A stretch of 64,000 nt of DNA, from contig JBLDXI010000004.1 in NCBI GenBank assembly GCA_047495785.1, forward strand, positions 1,178,001 to 1,242,000, given 5' to 3'. The DNA comes from Lepidodermella squamata (Eukaryota; Animalia; Gastrotricha). The position numbers and the translations under genes were made by a program. Position 1 is the first letter of the stretch, and every line of letters begins with the position of its first letter. Shown here piece by piece: positions 38,676 through 50,977 of the stretch. Under the pieces are notes generated by a model. It worked only from the letters and a program-made list of their open reading frames with translations, did no database searches and was not told where the DNA came from.

Positions 38676-38920
38676 CCGTAATCCGGTGCAACTTTGAACA
38701 TTTCACGCAAACCAGCATTTCTCTGAAACCATGGGGATCTACCGCTTGGGAATTTGACTGAATATAGGTCTCGTTGAGATCTAACAAAGTTTCATCCACA
38801 CAGCCCCCACTGTCTCTTCCTTAAAAATTCCCGAAAAGCAACGTTTTTGGTCTACTTTGAAGTGTTGTCCCGCGATAACCGTAGCAGATATCAGATATCC
38901 GCGAGATCCAACTTGGCGAA
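38676..38920 (-). mobile_element. Truncated inverted copy of the right end of the element at 52540-53518
   Basis: TA|CCGTAATCCGGTGCAACTTTGAACA; reverse complement of ~53270-53518. Confidence 0.75.
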
Positions 38921-39307
38921 TGGTTGGTCAGTTATGAAACGATGTTGTCACAGCTTGATTAGAATTTGAATTTTTGCATCAACACGGCTTAAGCAATGAG
39001 AAGCAATGGGATGTTGGGTTTCCGCTGAAAGTAATAGCTGGCTTAATGAACTCAAGAAAATGTCCTCGATATGTCCTTGAAACAAATTGCCGAGATTGAT
39101 CTTTTTAAAATTAGTCATTGATCAGTGCTAGCAATGAAATTCAACAATATTCGACTTACGTGTTCAACAACTATGTAAGTTGCCTGTTCAGCAGAGTAAC
39201 TTTTTCGACTAATGAAAATACGGCAAATTCAGCAATGAGGTATCGTTCTAAGTGAGTTATCGTCAGTTAACTTTCACTTGTTCGCTATGTCGAATTCAAT
39301 TGACACA

Positions 39308-39480
39308 GGTGAAATCCACGTCGAGGAATCCACGTCTGATATGGTGAATTCATAGGTATGATTACCTACGCTATGATACGATTTTGGAATAATCGATTTC
39401 CGATAGTCGATATCGATTTTGGCCAACCGCTGCCCCCGATCGGGGAATTCAGATTTGGAATCCCCGACGTGGATTTCACC
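39308..39480. mobile_element. Small inverted-repeat element (MITE-like)
   Basis: GGTGAAATCCACGTCG ... CGACGTGGATTTCACC; no clear TSD. Confidence 0.5.
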
Positions 39481-39801
39481 TTGTAGTCAACATGATGGCA
39501 TTTTATACACGTGAAATGGCGATTCATGCCATATTAGTGCCGACATTTCATGATTGTCGATTTCAAAGCCAGGCATCGAGCGCCCAGGCATTTTATGTAA
39601 ATCCGGAAACCGGAAACCCATCCATTCGGTATTCATTCCATGAGGTTACGATTGCAAAAACCTTTCAAAATTTGCGGAATTTTATTTATACCTTCAACTC
39701 ATGACTCATGAATCAAAATAGCTCATCTTTGCATTTCACCGCACGGGCTCTTCCACTTATGTTACATCTCATGAATCATTTTGAAAAGCTCGGAAATGTC
39801 A

Positions 39802-42800
39802 CTAAAATGACGCGCACAAAGCGTATAGAACTGTAAAACCACAGTCAGCTATTACATAGCGAGAGCTGCCTGACAGTGGCGTCATAATGCCGCAGCCGTC
39901 AGTAACTTGATTAGCTACCCATTGATTAGCGTTATATTCGAAATTGGAGCCATCATCCCACTTGAATACGCCATTCGCCCGAGTCAAGGCGATCCAGGCC
40001 GGCGCATTAAGCTGAGGCGAATACAATACAATCTGCGCCGCCGCCAGTTCCGTATCTGACCTGATCGTGGCTAAGCTACCGCCCTGATTGGCGCATGCCG
40101 CTACTGCGTAACTTTTAGTGGACGCTTGGGGGAATCGCACCGGGAAGTAGGTCTTGACCACAGACGTACAACTAGTCTCGTCCGGATAAGTGGTGTTAGC
40201 CGGGATTCGAAGCTGGGTTGCCGCCTCGCAGCCAGTAGTCACACATCGAACTGTACCGTTGCTGTTGTCAACGCAACGGATATAGGCCGACTGCAAACAA
40301 AAAAGGTATGATAAAACCAAATTGCGAAATTGAAAAGAGGGTTTGTTAAGTTTAATCTTGAGACGCAATTTCGGTATTCGGTATGCAATTCGGTATGCTC
40401 AATGTAAAAGAAGTAATTTTGACAGACCACAAAATCTCGTGAATATGCTTCATATGAAATTCGCATGTCACACTTTCATTCGGGGATAGAACTACCCCAA
40501 AATACGAGAACAAAGTTTGGTTTGGTTTGAAAACAAAAAGCTGCTATAAACATTCCGTCAAAACTATAAAACCTAAACTTCAAAGCAATTTTGAATAGTT
40601 TTTGCGATTTTTGAAATTTTAGTCAATTTTTTCCGATACAATTTAACAGAAGTCTTTAACAGAAAATGAGATGTATCGAGAATACATATTTTTAGTAGCG
40701 ATTACTACGGCAGGAGGAAGGAAGATTACTAAGATCGCTATTAGACATATTCCACAAAACTCTGCTTCAAAATGAGCGGAAACTGAGCTTCGAAGTCTAC
40801 CAGCGAAAAAAATCCTAATTTAGAGAATTGGTCGCTTAACATTTTTGAATGTTTATTGCTTCAGTACGGTAATTTGAGGCGATGAATCCCGCTAGATTTG
40901 CTGGAAAATTCGCCAAACCCATTTCCACTTGTTATTATTTAAATCAAATTGACAAGGAGATTTAGGTTCAAAGAATTTGAAACTCGAAATGTAGCGGCGC
41001 ATACCGTAGTTTTAGACGTTTAAATGTGAACTCACTGTCGGGGTTATGTCCGTGATGCATTTGCCGTGATTCAACTGGAAGTTGCCCAAGTCTGAGAACA
41101 GCTTAGCCTGATACAGAAAAACAGTTGATACCGGAAAAAAACAGAGGTTTTGGTTGAGCGTTACCTGAGATTGATCTTGGGGACAAATGGCGTAGCAAGA
41201 TGTCCGATTGGATGAATCCTTGCACGAAACAGCATTCTGTTGAAAAGAGATTAACTGCATCAATTGCTAAAACAGAAAGGAAAACCTACTCCGAGCAAGC
41301 AAGCTGCACGGTTGATGTAGACCTTGGTCGAGTATTGCTGAGTTTCGTTGCTAGCGAAGCAGCCCGAGCTTTGCGGTCGGCAGTCGTCGAACTTTTTGGT
41401 CGTAGCGTCAAAGCACCGAATGTGCGGCTTTTCGCTGACCGGAACTGCGACTGAGATGAGAAACGGAAAATTCAGTAGTACTCAATTTTTCAGGGGGAAA
41501 ATTATTCAAAACTCGCTATTTAGTTATTGACGAAAGTCGAGTCTATAGTAAATCACGAACCTGCTCCATTGGTACATGACGCAAGAGTTGAATACAGAGT
41601 CGATCCAGTTACCTAGAAAAACATCAATCAGCGTCAAACAGGAACACATCAAATCGCTAACCCAGTTGTTGGGGCAAGAATACGGGTCCGGAACACAGGT
41701 CATGATGACGTTGTTTGACGTACAGCGCCTGAATTTCAAAGTCTGGAATGATAAAACATAAAACATAATAAGTAATGGCCAAGTTTCCTGAATTCTCACC
41801 TCAAATGCAGCTTTCTGTTTCTCGCATTCGTTGAGGTTGAATTTCAAACTCAACGTCGGCCTCTGATCGTCAAACCAGAACGTCTGAGGCGTAAATTATA
41901 ACAATATAGTAACAACAGCTATAATCTGACCGGAAACAATTGAGAAGTGGGGTTTGGCGAATTCACTTAAAGAAGGACGATTCATCTTGGATTGAGCTCA
42001 AATTTTCGAATTTTAGACATATTTAGGATGCTCCCATCCTCCTTAAAACACGGAAAACCCCAGAGTTGCCTTGAAAAGTGTTATTGATTTAGCTTGTCGT
42101 TGAGACACTATAGTTTGATCCCAACAAATTTTTAAATATCTCGCGAGAATCCTCACCTCAGAATACCCTACACAATGTAGACTGTGCAGAAGAAAATAAC
42201 ATCAAAATTTATTGCGTGGGAATTATTGGGGATCCAATTAAAAATTGTAAAATTAAAAAAAAATTTCTCGTAAAATTTGAATCCCAATTTCTTAGCAAAC
42301 CTGATGACCTCGTTAATAGATCTTGACAAAGGCCCCAAAATCTCACAATGTCAAAAATAACATGTTATACCCGTCATCTCTGATATCAGTTTGAGGCTTA
42401 ATTACAAATAATTGATTGATGAGGCTTACATTCATATCACCAGGATTGTTGCAGCCAACGTTTCCAGGTACGCAAAACGGGGTAAGGGCAGCGTATTTGT
42501 AGCACATTCGGGCATTCTATAGTAAAAACAGAGCAAAATTAAACGGGATATAGTGAATTCAGTACCAAAGTCAGTTAGTTAGTCAGTTGCAAATCCCCAA
42601 TTTAAAGTCCCAGCCACTAACCCTAACCCTAACCGTAGCACTAGCCCTAGCCCTAACCCTAACATAAACTGAACCCTAACCTAAACCTAAACCTAGCCCT
42701 AACCCTAACCAGGGCTGCAAAACCTGGGAAAGTTCCTGTGCACTTTCTCAAAATTACCCGCTAGGTTTGACCCATTTCAGCAAATTTTCCTGCAATTTAC

Positions 42801-43266
42801 TCTCATTTTTCGAAAATTTCCCGCTGAGCGGTAAAATTACCCCCGCACAGTGTGTGCCATTTTTGCATGTTTTGCAGGCCTGGCCCTAACCCTAACCCTA
42901 CCAGATAAAAATTAAATGAAATGGTTAGGTATTGAATTAAATGAAATTTGGCCGAAAGATTTTCTAAAATTAAACATATGTTTATTAGAAAAGTTGACAG
43001 ACCCCTGTGTTGCAGACGCCGGTTGTTCGTAAACTCGAGCCCAACTATCGATAGAGAAATATTTCCATTGACCTGCTCTCCGAAGGTAAAAAAACCTGAT
43101 ATTCGGTGAGTGGATCACAGCCATCGGCGGCTGGTACGCAGTTGGTGAATCGGTTGCTGAACTGCGAGAAGCAGCGAACCCAGTTCAACAGCTGCGCGCC
43201 CCAAGCCACGTCGCTCGACGCCAGAACTACGGCGGCTAGTAACAGAGCACAGCGATACGAAACCAT
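39802..43266 (-). CDS. Paralog 9: signal peptide + six 4-Cys modules + CTLD-A, 10 exons
   Basis: MVSYRCALLL..WVRCFSQFSNRF start; exons in frame where checked; last exon SAYIRCVDNS..AWIAL..WDDGS..YALCASF*. Confidence 0.85.
42617..42900. repeat. Degenerate (CCCTAA)n telomere-like tract in intron 2 of paralog 9, interrupted by a MITE
   Basis: CTAACCCTAACCCTAACC..CTAGCCCTAGCCCTAACCCTAAC.., resuming CCCTAACCCTAACCCTA after 42882. Confidence 0.75.
42710..42882. mobile_element. hAT-type MITE
   Basis: TIRs CAGGGCTGCAAAAC / GTTTTGCAGGCCTG; TSD ACCCTAAC/GCCCTAAC (7/8); relative at 44650. Confidence 0.75.
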
Positions 43267-43639
43267 ATCCGATCGGATAAATGTTGGCAGAGAATGAGGA
43301 AAATAAATCACGTTATAAATTTGTGAAAATTGTGAATGAATGAAACGTGAATGACGGTGCGTTTCGTCGTGCGTGTGGTTTGTTTGTTATCACGTATCTG
43401 GAAGTTGTTTTCACAGTCACGCATTAAAAAATGTTCGAAAAATATTCTAAGCTGTCCTGTTTCACTGTTCTGGCGACGATCAACGCCGCAGTGGCTGGTC
43501 GCGTGTCGGCGTTCTACATACGGTGTTTAAGAAATAACATATAGTCTAAATGTAGAATGAACTTTTACCAGATAGCACCTGCTAGAAATTTTCACATTTT
43601 CGAAAACAACTGGACGGCATGCGACTCGAGCTTTTGAGC

Positions 43640-44225
43640 TACTTCTTTTTTAAATACTTACGCGCCAATATTCAGTCATGGGTTAAGCGTTGCTGAATGG
43701 ACCATGGCGATCAAAATGTCTACAAACACGGCTCCGGTTAGAGGGGTACCAGGTGTCAGTCAGGACGGAAACCAGTGTCGTCGATGCGGCGCTGAGATTG
43801 AATCTCTTGCTCACGTCCTTGGCGCCTGCCTCTACAACTCGTTGCCCTCCGAAAAGAAAGCCGAACAGGAATAATTATTGATCCAACTATCAGATGCGAA
43901 TCTTCGCAAAACCAATTCGAATTGGTCGATGCGGAAACGCGCAATATCCGAGCCGTGTAGCAAGTTTATTTGCGAAGCATACAACCTAGATTCAATAGAA
44001 GTACATGGACTATACATCGGTGCCCGCGGATCCCTGACAACAGAAGCCGTAAAACTTCTGCGCGACTATGGAATCAACGCCGGCACAGCCATCGAAATCG
44101 CTTCACAGGCCCTCAAAGACAGTATTCGAATTCTTCACCACCTATATTCCATATCTATATTCAAACCAATCTAGATATCTATATTCTAACCAACGATAAA
44201 TAACCAATACTTATTATTAAGAAAT
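43640..44225 (+). mobile_element. 3' remnant of an RLE-type (R2/NeSL-like) non-LTR retrotransposon
   Basis: Frames give GLSVAEWTMAIKMSTNTAPVRGVPG..CRRCGAEIESLAHVLGAC (CCHC knuckle), IIIDPTIR and EVHGLYIGARGS..ALKDSIRILHHLY (restriction-like endonuclease end); frameshifted and internally deleted. Confidence 0.75.
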
Positions 44226-44649
44226 CACTGAGACGCAAAATGCGCGTATCATTTGAAAAGATGCGCGAATTCGTAGTTATAAAATAATGCGCGTGTTTTC
44301 TGACAAAGATGCGCGTCAGTTTTATCGCGCTCTAAAATGCGCGTATTATTTGGTCAGGAAAGAGGCGCGTAATTTCACTCAATTTATACGCGCATTATTC
44401 GAGTTGATGTGACGCATATTTTTCACCGTTTCATTCGCGTATTTTCTGTTGATCAGGTAACGCGCTTTGCGCCACTGTTAAATACGCATATTTTATATCC
44501 ATTTTCCTATTGGTCGATCTGCGCACCGGTTCACGGTCTGTTGCGCAACATTACACCGTCATTTTAACATTTTTTTCGAATCGTATCCAGGCCCTTTTTC
44601 ATCATCGTCGTCGTTTTCATATTCACCACATTTATTTTATTATTTATTT

Positions 44650-44793
44650 CAGGGCTGCAAAACCTCCCGTAAATTTCCCGCTAATTTTGAGCAAATTTTC
44701 CTGCAATTTATTGTAATTTTTCAAAAACTTTTCGCGGCGCGGCCGAATTTCCCGCGCACCAGGTGCGACATTTTCGCATTTTTCGCACCCCTG
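44650..44793. mobile_element. hAT-type MITE nested in the EnSpm element
   Basis: CAGGGCTGCAAAA ... TTTCGCACCCCTG; perfect 8-bp TSD ATTTATTT. Confidence 0.8.
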
Positions 44794-47372
44794 ATTTATT
44801 TTTCCGATGATTGTCAAAAAATTGTAATTTCAAAATGTTGTCTTCGCCACATTTTTCGCGCGGCGGGCAGCCGATTTGTTTTTTTTTATATAAGAATTAT
44901 TTATCATTTTTATTGCTAATTAACTCGCGCACGAAATTTTAATTTTTCATTTTGCAGATTTTTCGCATATTGGATTTTGGCGTGACAACAACAATTAGCT
45001 ATTTTCACGCTGTTAAAAGAACTCTAACGTCTAATTTTATGACATTTTTATAAACATATTTTCGATCGCAATGTTTAATGTTCGATCGCAATAAAGAATT
45101 TCATTTTCGTATAATCGCGCACACTGAACTCGCGTGTGCAATAAATAGGTGTGTGAAATTTTGCATTGTTATTAACACCCACTGCGCGACTTATTACTGC
45201 GCGACTAACACCCATATATCAATTATGCGTGCGTGTTAATTACGCTGTTACGCGGTGTACAGAACTTGATTTATTAAAAGTGAAGTTATTTTCAAGTTTT
45301 CAATGGTTAATCGCACTTTAGAACAAACCTTTAGCAGCTGGAAAAACGTATAAATGATTTATTTATCGAATAACGAATATTTGATGGAAATTCGACGGAA
45401 ATGACGTGAAAAGATGTAAAAGGGGAAAAGTGTAAAGCGTAGAAATGGCAGATGGCTGGGGCACCGCCCGGCCAAATAACCTACCTGATTACTAACTTCA
45501 TGAGATAAAAATCCGCATCCTGAAATTAAATGATGAAAAGCAATGATTTCGTGTAAAAAGTGTGAAGATACATGAAAAAAACAGTGTAAAGTATTCAAAC
45601 TTGGCCTGCACTCTTTGAAGCCTGAAATTTTTAAAAGTGCGAGCAGATAACCGGCGCGCCGTTGACTGCGCGGCGCCTTTGAGTGTGACCGCGCGGCGGC
45701 TCGCCTTTGTGATGCAACCAGCGCCAAAGCTGTCAACGCAGTGTAGTCTCTGCGTGCCCTTATTACCGCCTTAATTTTTTACATCGTTTTTGCTATTTTC
45801 ATTTCATCATTTTATTTACATGATAGATTATTGACGGCGTTGATCCTTGACGATTAATCATGGTGGTGTTAAATTGTCCACAGATGAAGCCAACGGGTTA
45901 GATAATGACTAATAAATGACGTTGTCATGATACTTGAACTGAGTGTATTTAATAAAATATAAACGCCGCCGTCTTATTCAGCTGGTGCTAGTAATTGGCA
46001 CCTGGATTGAAAGAAGTGAAGTGTTCGGGTATCCCGTGGCGCGGTCGCGACACGTGTGCGAGTGAAGTTGCGGTGCGAGGACACGTTCGAAATAGCCGAG
46101 GTGTAAAATCACGGACCGTGAAAAAGTGCGTCTGTTGGCCCGCCCACTTCGACCGCGCCGTCGTTCTGTTATCGAGCGAAAAATCTAGGCGCGAAATTTT
46201 AATTTTGGCGCCCAAAAAGTAGGCGGAGCTTGATTGGCCGTCGCAGCCAACACCTCAATATTGTTGTCTCCGGCGGCAGCGGCGACTTTTTATTACACGC
46301 AATAATTTCCACTTTCGTATTATTTGACCCTATACCACTCGTCGGCCTCGCGCGATGTGTCCGTATTATTTTTCTTCATTTTCAAAAGTCTCCCGACCAG
46401 CCTTGATTTTATACTCCTTATTTTATGTCAATAATGTCATTCTTTGTAGGCAGTTTCTCACTACAGCAAATTATTTTTCAAACTTTCCAGTTCCCCGTGT
46501 TGAATGTCATTATTCATGAACCGTTAACGGTTCTTTTTATTTTTAGGTTGCAGCGTCCTAGGCATAATTGCTCATGTTTCCATTTTTTAAGCTGGCAGGT
46601 TTATCAACATGTTGAATTGCGGCATTTTTTCATAGCTTCATTCCCGAAATGTTATGCTAATGTGTTCATGCAGGCTCAATTCGCCGGCAGCGCCTAGTTT
46701 TCACGTTCAAAAGTTTAGGACATTTACTTTCATGGTGTAAATAATTTCAGATTATTTTTTTCGCATTGTTTTTTAGCGTTAAGTTTTGTGTTTTATTTTT
46801 ATACGTTATTAGGTGTAGTGCTCGAAGTTATTTCAGCTGCAGCATTTTATGCTTGCTAAATTGTTTTATCAATAAAATTAATTTTATAAAATTGATAGAA
46901 AAATTATTCTTGACCTTTCACCTTATTCCGCCGGAAAACTTATTCCCGGAAAACCCCGATGGTAACTTGTTCGGTTACTTCCGGTATTTTACCCAGTTAG
47001 ACCAAATTTCACCACACTTTTTAATCCCATTACTTGATTATTATTCCCGTCATTTTTTTCTAATTTTCTGGCTATGGCATGTGACTACGTCTCTCATTTT
47101 AGAGTTTCTTAACCCTTTTCCGTGAATTTTCTTTGTTTGCGTTACTTATGGGACACGCTGTAATTATATTAACACAGCCCTTGTCTTTTTATTATTTTTT
47201 TCGCATTGTTTTTTAGCGTTAAGTTGTTTTATATTGATTTATTTTTATACGTTATTAGGTGTAGTGCTCTGCCCTTTTTCGAATGTCAAATTTGCGAAAA
47301 TACATAAAACTAGCATGAGTCAAATTTAAAAACTTAATTTAAATTCTAAATTTTTTTAGAAATTTAACTAGC

Positions 47373-49285
47373 ATGAGTCAAGCTAAGAAGAGAAGGCGGC
47401 CTGATCCTGATGTCTTATTTCGTTGTCCAGTTAGCGGCTGTGGTTTTTTCTCGTCCGTAATGAATGATTTCGAGGAGCATTTTAAAACCCTGCATCACGA
47501 AATTTTGAAATCGCGCCAGCCGCAGACGTTTTTATGCCCGAGGGACTGTCATCATGGGCCAATTTTGCATATGAAACATTTCAAAGAACATGTCGCTTCA
47601 TGTAGCGCGCCGATAAGATCATGTAGCGCTGTTGAATCGTCGCATGTTTCGAATGTTTCGGAGCCGGAAATTCCGATTTTCGTTACTCAACCGCCTATTC
47701 CGCAGAAGAAAGCTCGCGTCGAACATGCCGACCGATCTATTCGTTACCAGGAAGTTCGTCTCACTGAACAGGCCAGTCGCGACGAGGCGAATTTTAACGA
47801 TGTATTGAAGGATTGTTTGAAGATGCGCATGCGAGGCCAACAAATTCGCGATATTGATGAATATGTTGCTGGCCGTGTAAATCAATTCCGTATATACGGA
47901 CAAATGGATTCAGCTCGAGTTCTGACGCCATTGGCTACTGAGCGCAGCCGAAATCGTTACTTCGAGGCGACTGGCCAGCGCATTAAACCGCAAGAAGTTG
48001 ACTTCGGTTATGGTCGAAAGGGTTATTATATGCCCTTCCTTCCAACCTTGACTGCTGTGCTTAAAGTCCCATCAGTTCAAACTCAAATATTCGAGCCACC
48101 TGTGGCGCCTGGCGACGGTATTCTAACCGATTTTATTCATGCGGATTTCGCCAAGGAGCTGAGAGAATCATCGGGCTTCGAACACGTCATTTTTATTCTA
48201 TTCCATCTCGACGATCTCGGTCTCACCAATGCACAAGGTAAAAATTGTTTAATATTCCAAAAAATTTAGAAAATCTAAAAATATTCAACAATATTCCAAA
48301 AATTCAAAATAATTATTAAATTTAAGTTCATCAAAAGTTAAATTAGAAAAATTCGGAAAATTCGGAAATTTAATGAAAATAATTTTTAAATAATTTTAAT
48401 TTTTAATTATTTTAATTATTTTAAATTTTAAATTTCGATTTTGCTAGTTTGAAAATTTGAGAATTGCGTGTTGAGAAAACTGAATCAAATTGCGATTTTC
48501 ATTCCATCTGTTGAAATTGTGAATGTAGCAAATTTCTGGTCTCGTTTTAGGAGCAAAGCGGGGTTCGTACCAAATGCGGATTTTTCAAATCGAACTCGCT
48601 AATTGTCATCCGCAATTTCGGAGCAAAATTTCGTTATTGGACTATTGGACGCTGAGGTATGCAATTTTATTAGGTTAACAATTTTTTTGATAGTTTGCAA
48701 GAGTAACTTGTTGTTACCAAAATGTGCATTTTCATCATGAATCCTCTCTTGTAATTATTCAGGTGGGAAGCCACTTATGCAGCAATTGCTAATCGGCCGT
48801 GGAACAATTTTGTTAACCTGCCGTACTCAGTTTCGGAATTTCTGTCCTATCGCCTCGTGCAGTTCTGCAGTGACGTCAGCAAATTCAAAGAGGTTGAGGC
48901 GATCGGCGAGGTGATTCCTGATGTCTGCGATGAAGATTTCTCTGGTGTAGATCACTCTACAATAAAATCTGTCACTTGGCGCGGTGTGTTATTCGCCCCG
49001 GGCGATGTTGTTTTTGCGAATGGTTGTGAACTCGATTTTTTTGAAATTTCCGCTATTATCCTAAAACATCCACATAATGAACTATTTGTCCGCCTTTCTC
49101 CTATCGAACACCTATATAACCCAGCAACTAATTTATTCACCTGCGCTTTGATTGACCGTAGTGCCTCGTTCATTGCTTCATTGTCCAGAATTAGTTTCCC
49201 TTGGCCAGTTTGGCGAAAAAATAAATCTTTCATTTTGAGTGCTAGCCCTCGAATTTATGACCGTCCAGTAGTAGTAATATCCTAA
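47373..49285 (+). CDS. EnSpm-type transposase, internally deleted but open (497 aa, 3 exons)
   Basis: Exons 47373-48237, 48551-48656, 48763-49285 (1494 nt). Basic KKRRR, zinc-finger-like N-terminus, DGILTDF..LFHLDDLGLTNAQG..LANCHPQFRS, then directly WTLRWEA..NFVNL. Confidence 0.75.
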
Positions 49286-49493
49286 TTTGAATTGAATTTG
49301 TAATTTTCATGATTTTACTGATATTTTTGTATCATTCCCGTTCTAAGATATAGCCTGCCGTAGGCTTTACGGATTTTTTGAAATCGCTAATTTAATAAAT
49401 TTGGATTGATGATTGATTTGAAGGTTGATGAAGTTTGATCAATTCATTTAAAACTTTGCTCTCCTTTTTCGTTTAATAGATTTTTGCTGAAAA

Positions 49494-50977
49494 ATGCTAG
49501 GCATCACCAACGTCAAAGTTTTAAAAGCCATCGAAAAAAGGCGCCGACAGCCTGTTACATCACCCGGCCTGGCGAGTTGGGGCAGCTACCCGGCCAAATT
49601 ACCGCAGCCACACGAGTGGGACCCTCTAGCTGCCGGCTGGCGTGACGGAACCGACACCAGCGAAAAAGCGGAATTTCGGTTCCACAAGTTTATCATTGAC
49701 TATTTGTTGTAAGTTTTATAACAAAATTTGTGGCGATTAAATTGAGTCCCATTTCTTAACAGCAAACTCGATAAAAAGGACGGCTCGGTCGCCGAGCGGA
49801 AGCTTGCCTTCGAGAATTTTTATGATTCGCTAGTGACTACGTGGCCAACGATTCCGGGAATAATACTCAACATTACCGATGCTAGGCAACGGCCCTGGGT
49901 AAGACAATTTTCGACAAATTTATTCTTTCAATTGAAAAATCACGAGAATTTTCGCTGAAATTAGGCGCTGCGTTTTTATTCAGCGTGTCGGGAAATTTTC
50001 ACCAAAATTATTGAAAAATTATTAATGTATAATTTAATTTTTAGAGCGCAGTGTCAAAAAATGTCGCTGCCTGCCTGCGAAACCGCCGCTCGAAAGGCTT
50101 CGGACGGAGTGAAACCGGTCCTAATGAGGGTGCCGAAATTCAGGCCGAAATTCCGAACCCGTTCCCGACGATGGCGCAGATCGCGCCGGGGGCCATGCTG
50201 CCGCCGATCTCAACCGTCTTGCCACCTACACCCCTCCTACCGCCCGATCAACAGCCCGGCGAACAGTCTTCGACGACAGTTGACGACGTTTTTGGCGAAA
50301 TCGAAAGCCATCTGGATCAAACTGCGGCTAAACTTCAAGTCAACAGAGGTTCTATTGGTCTTACCAATGAATCCATCGCCGCTAGCGTCAGCTCTTCGCC
50401 TGCTACGCCTAACTTCACGTTTGCCTCAAATGTCGGCTCGTTTGTCGCCTCTCACGCTGGCCCATCGGCAGTCGCGGCTCAACCGAGTTCATCGATCTCT
50501 GCTCTCGCCGGCCCTCCAGCAGTCGCATCGGCATCATCGGCGTTCGCCACCCAGCCTAGCTCTTCTCAGGCAAACTCGCCGTGTGTCTCCAATGTTAGCT
50601 CACATGTCGCCGATCAAGCCAGCTTAAATGCGATCTCTCTCGCAGCCGCTGCTCCAACTGTCCAACTGCCATCTACAACTGCCGATACAACAGCCGAAAA
50701 ATCTCAGGCCTCGCCGGGAAGAAGCATGCAGCATTCCGATGATCCTGAAATAGTTTTTAAAAAATATTTAGCCAATTTAATTAAAAACGGAAACCAGGAA
50801 GCCGCCCAACTTCTTCGAACCCTCGAGCCGATTGCCGATGGCTCAAACAAAGAAAATGACTTCGAGAGTCAAACAGTTATCAAAATTTCAAATAATCAGC
50901 CCAAAAAAATCGGCAAAAAATCGGCCCAAAATTCGCAACCAAAATTCGCAACAAGATCAATGAGTAGGAAAAAATAA
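49494..50977 (+). CDS. Second (accessory) ORF of the EnSpm element, 3 exons
   Basis: Exons 49494-49708, 49763-49898, 50045-50977 join in frame; LV..WP...W....LRNRR motif reminiscent of accessory ORFs of animal EnSpm elements; Ala/Ser/Pro-rich tail. Confidence 0.6.

Noticed and set aside
46750-47270. ~75-bp direct repeat upstream of the EnSpm transposase
   Set aside because: Real, but AT-rich with no evidence of function.
50025-50627. 200-aa Arg-rich overlapping ORF
   Set aside because: Alternative frame of the low-complexity exon of the EnSpm accessory gene; starts in an intron.
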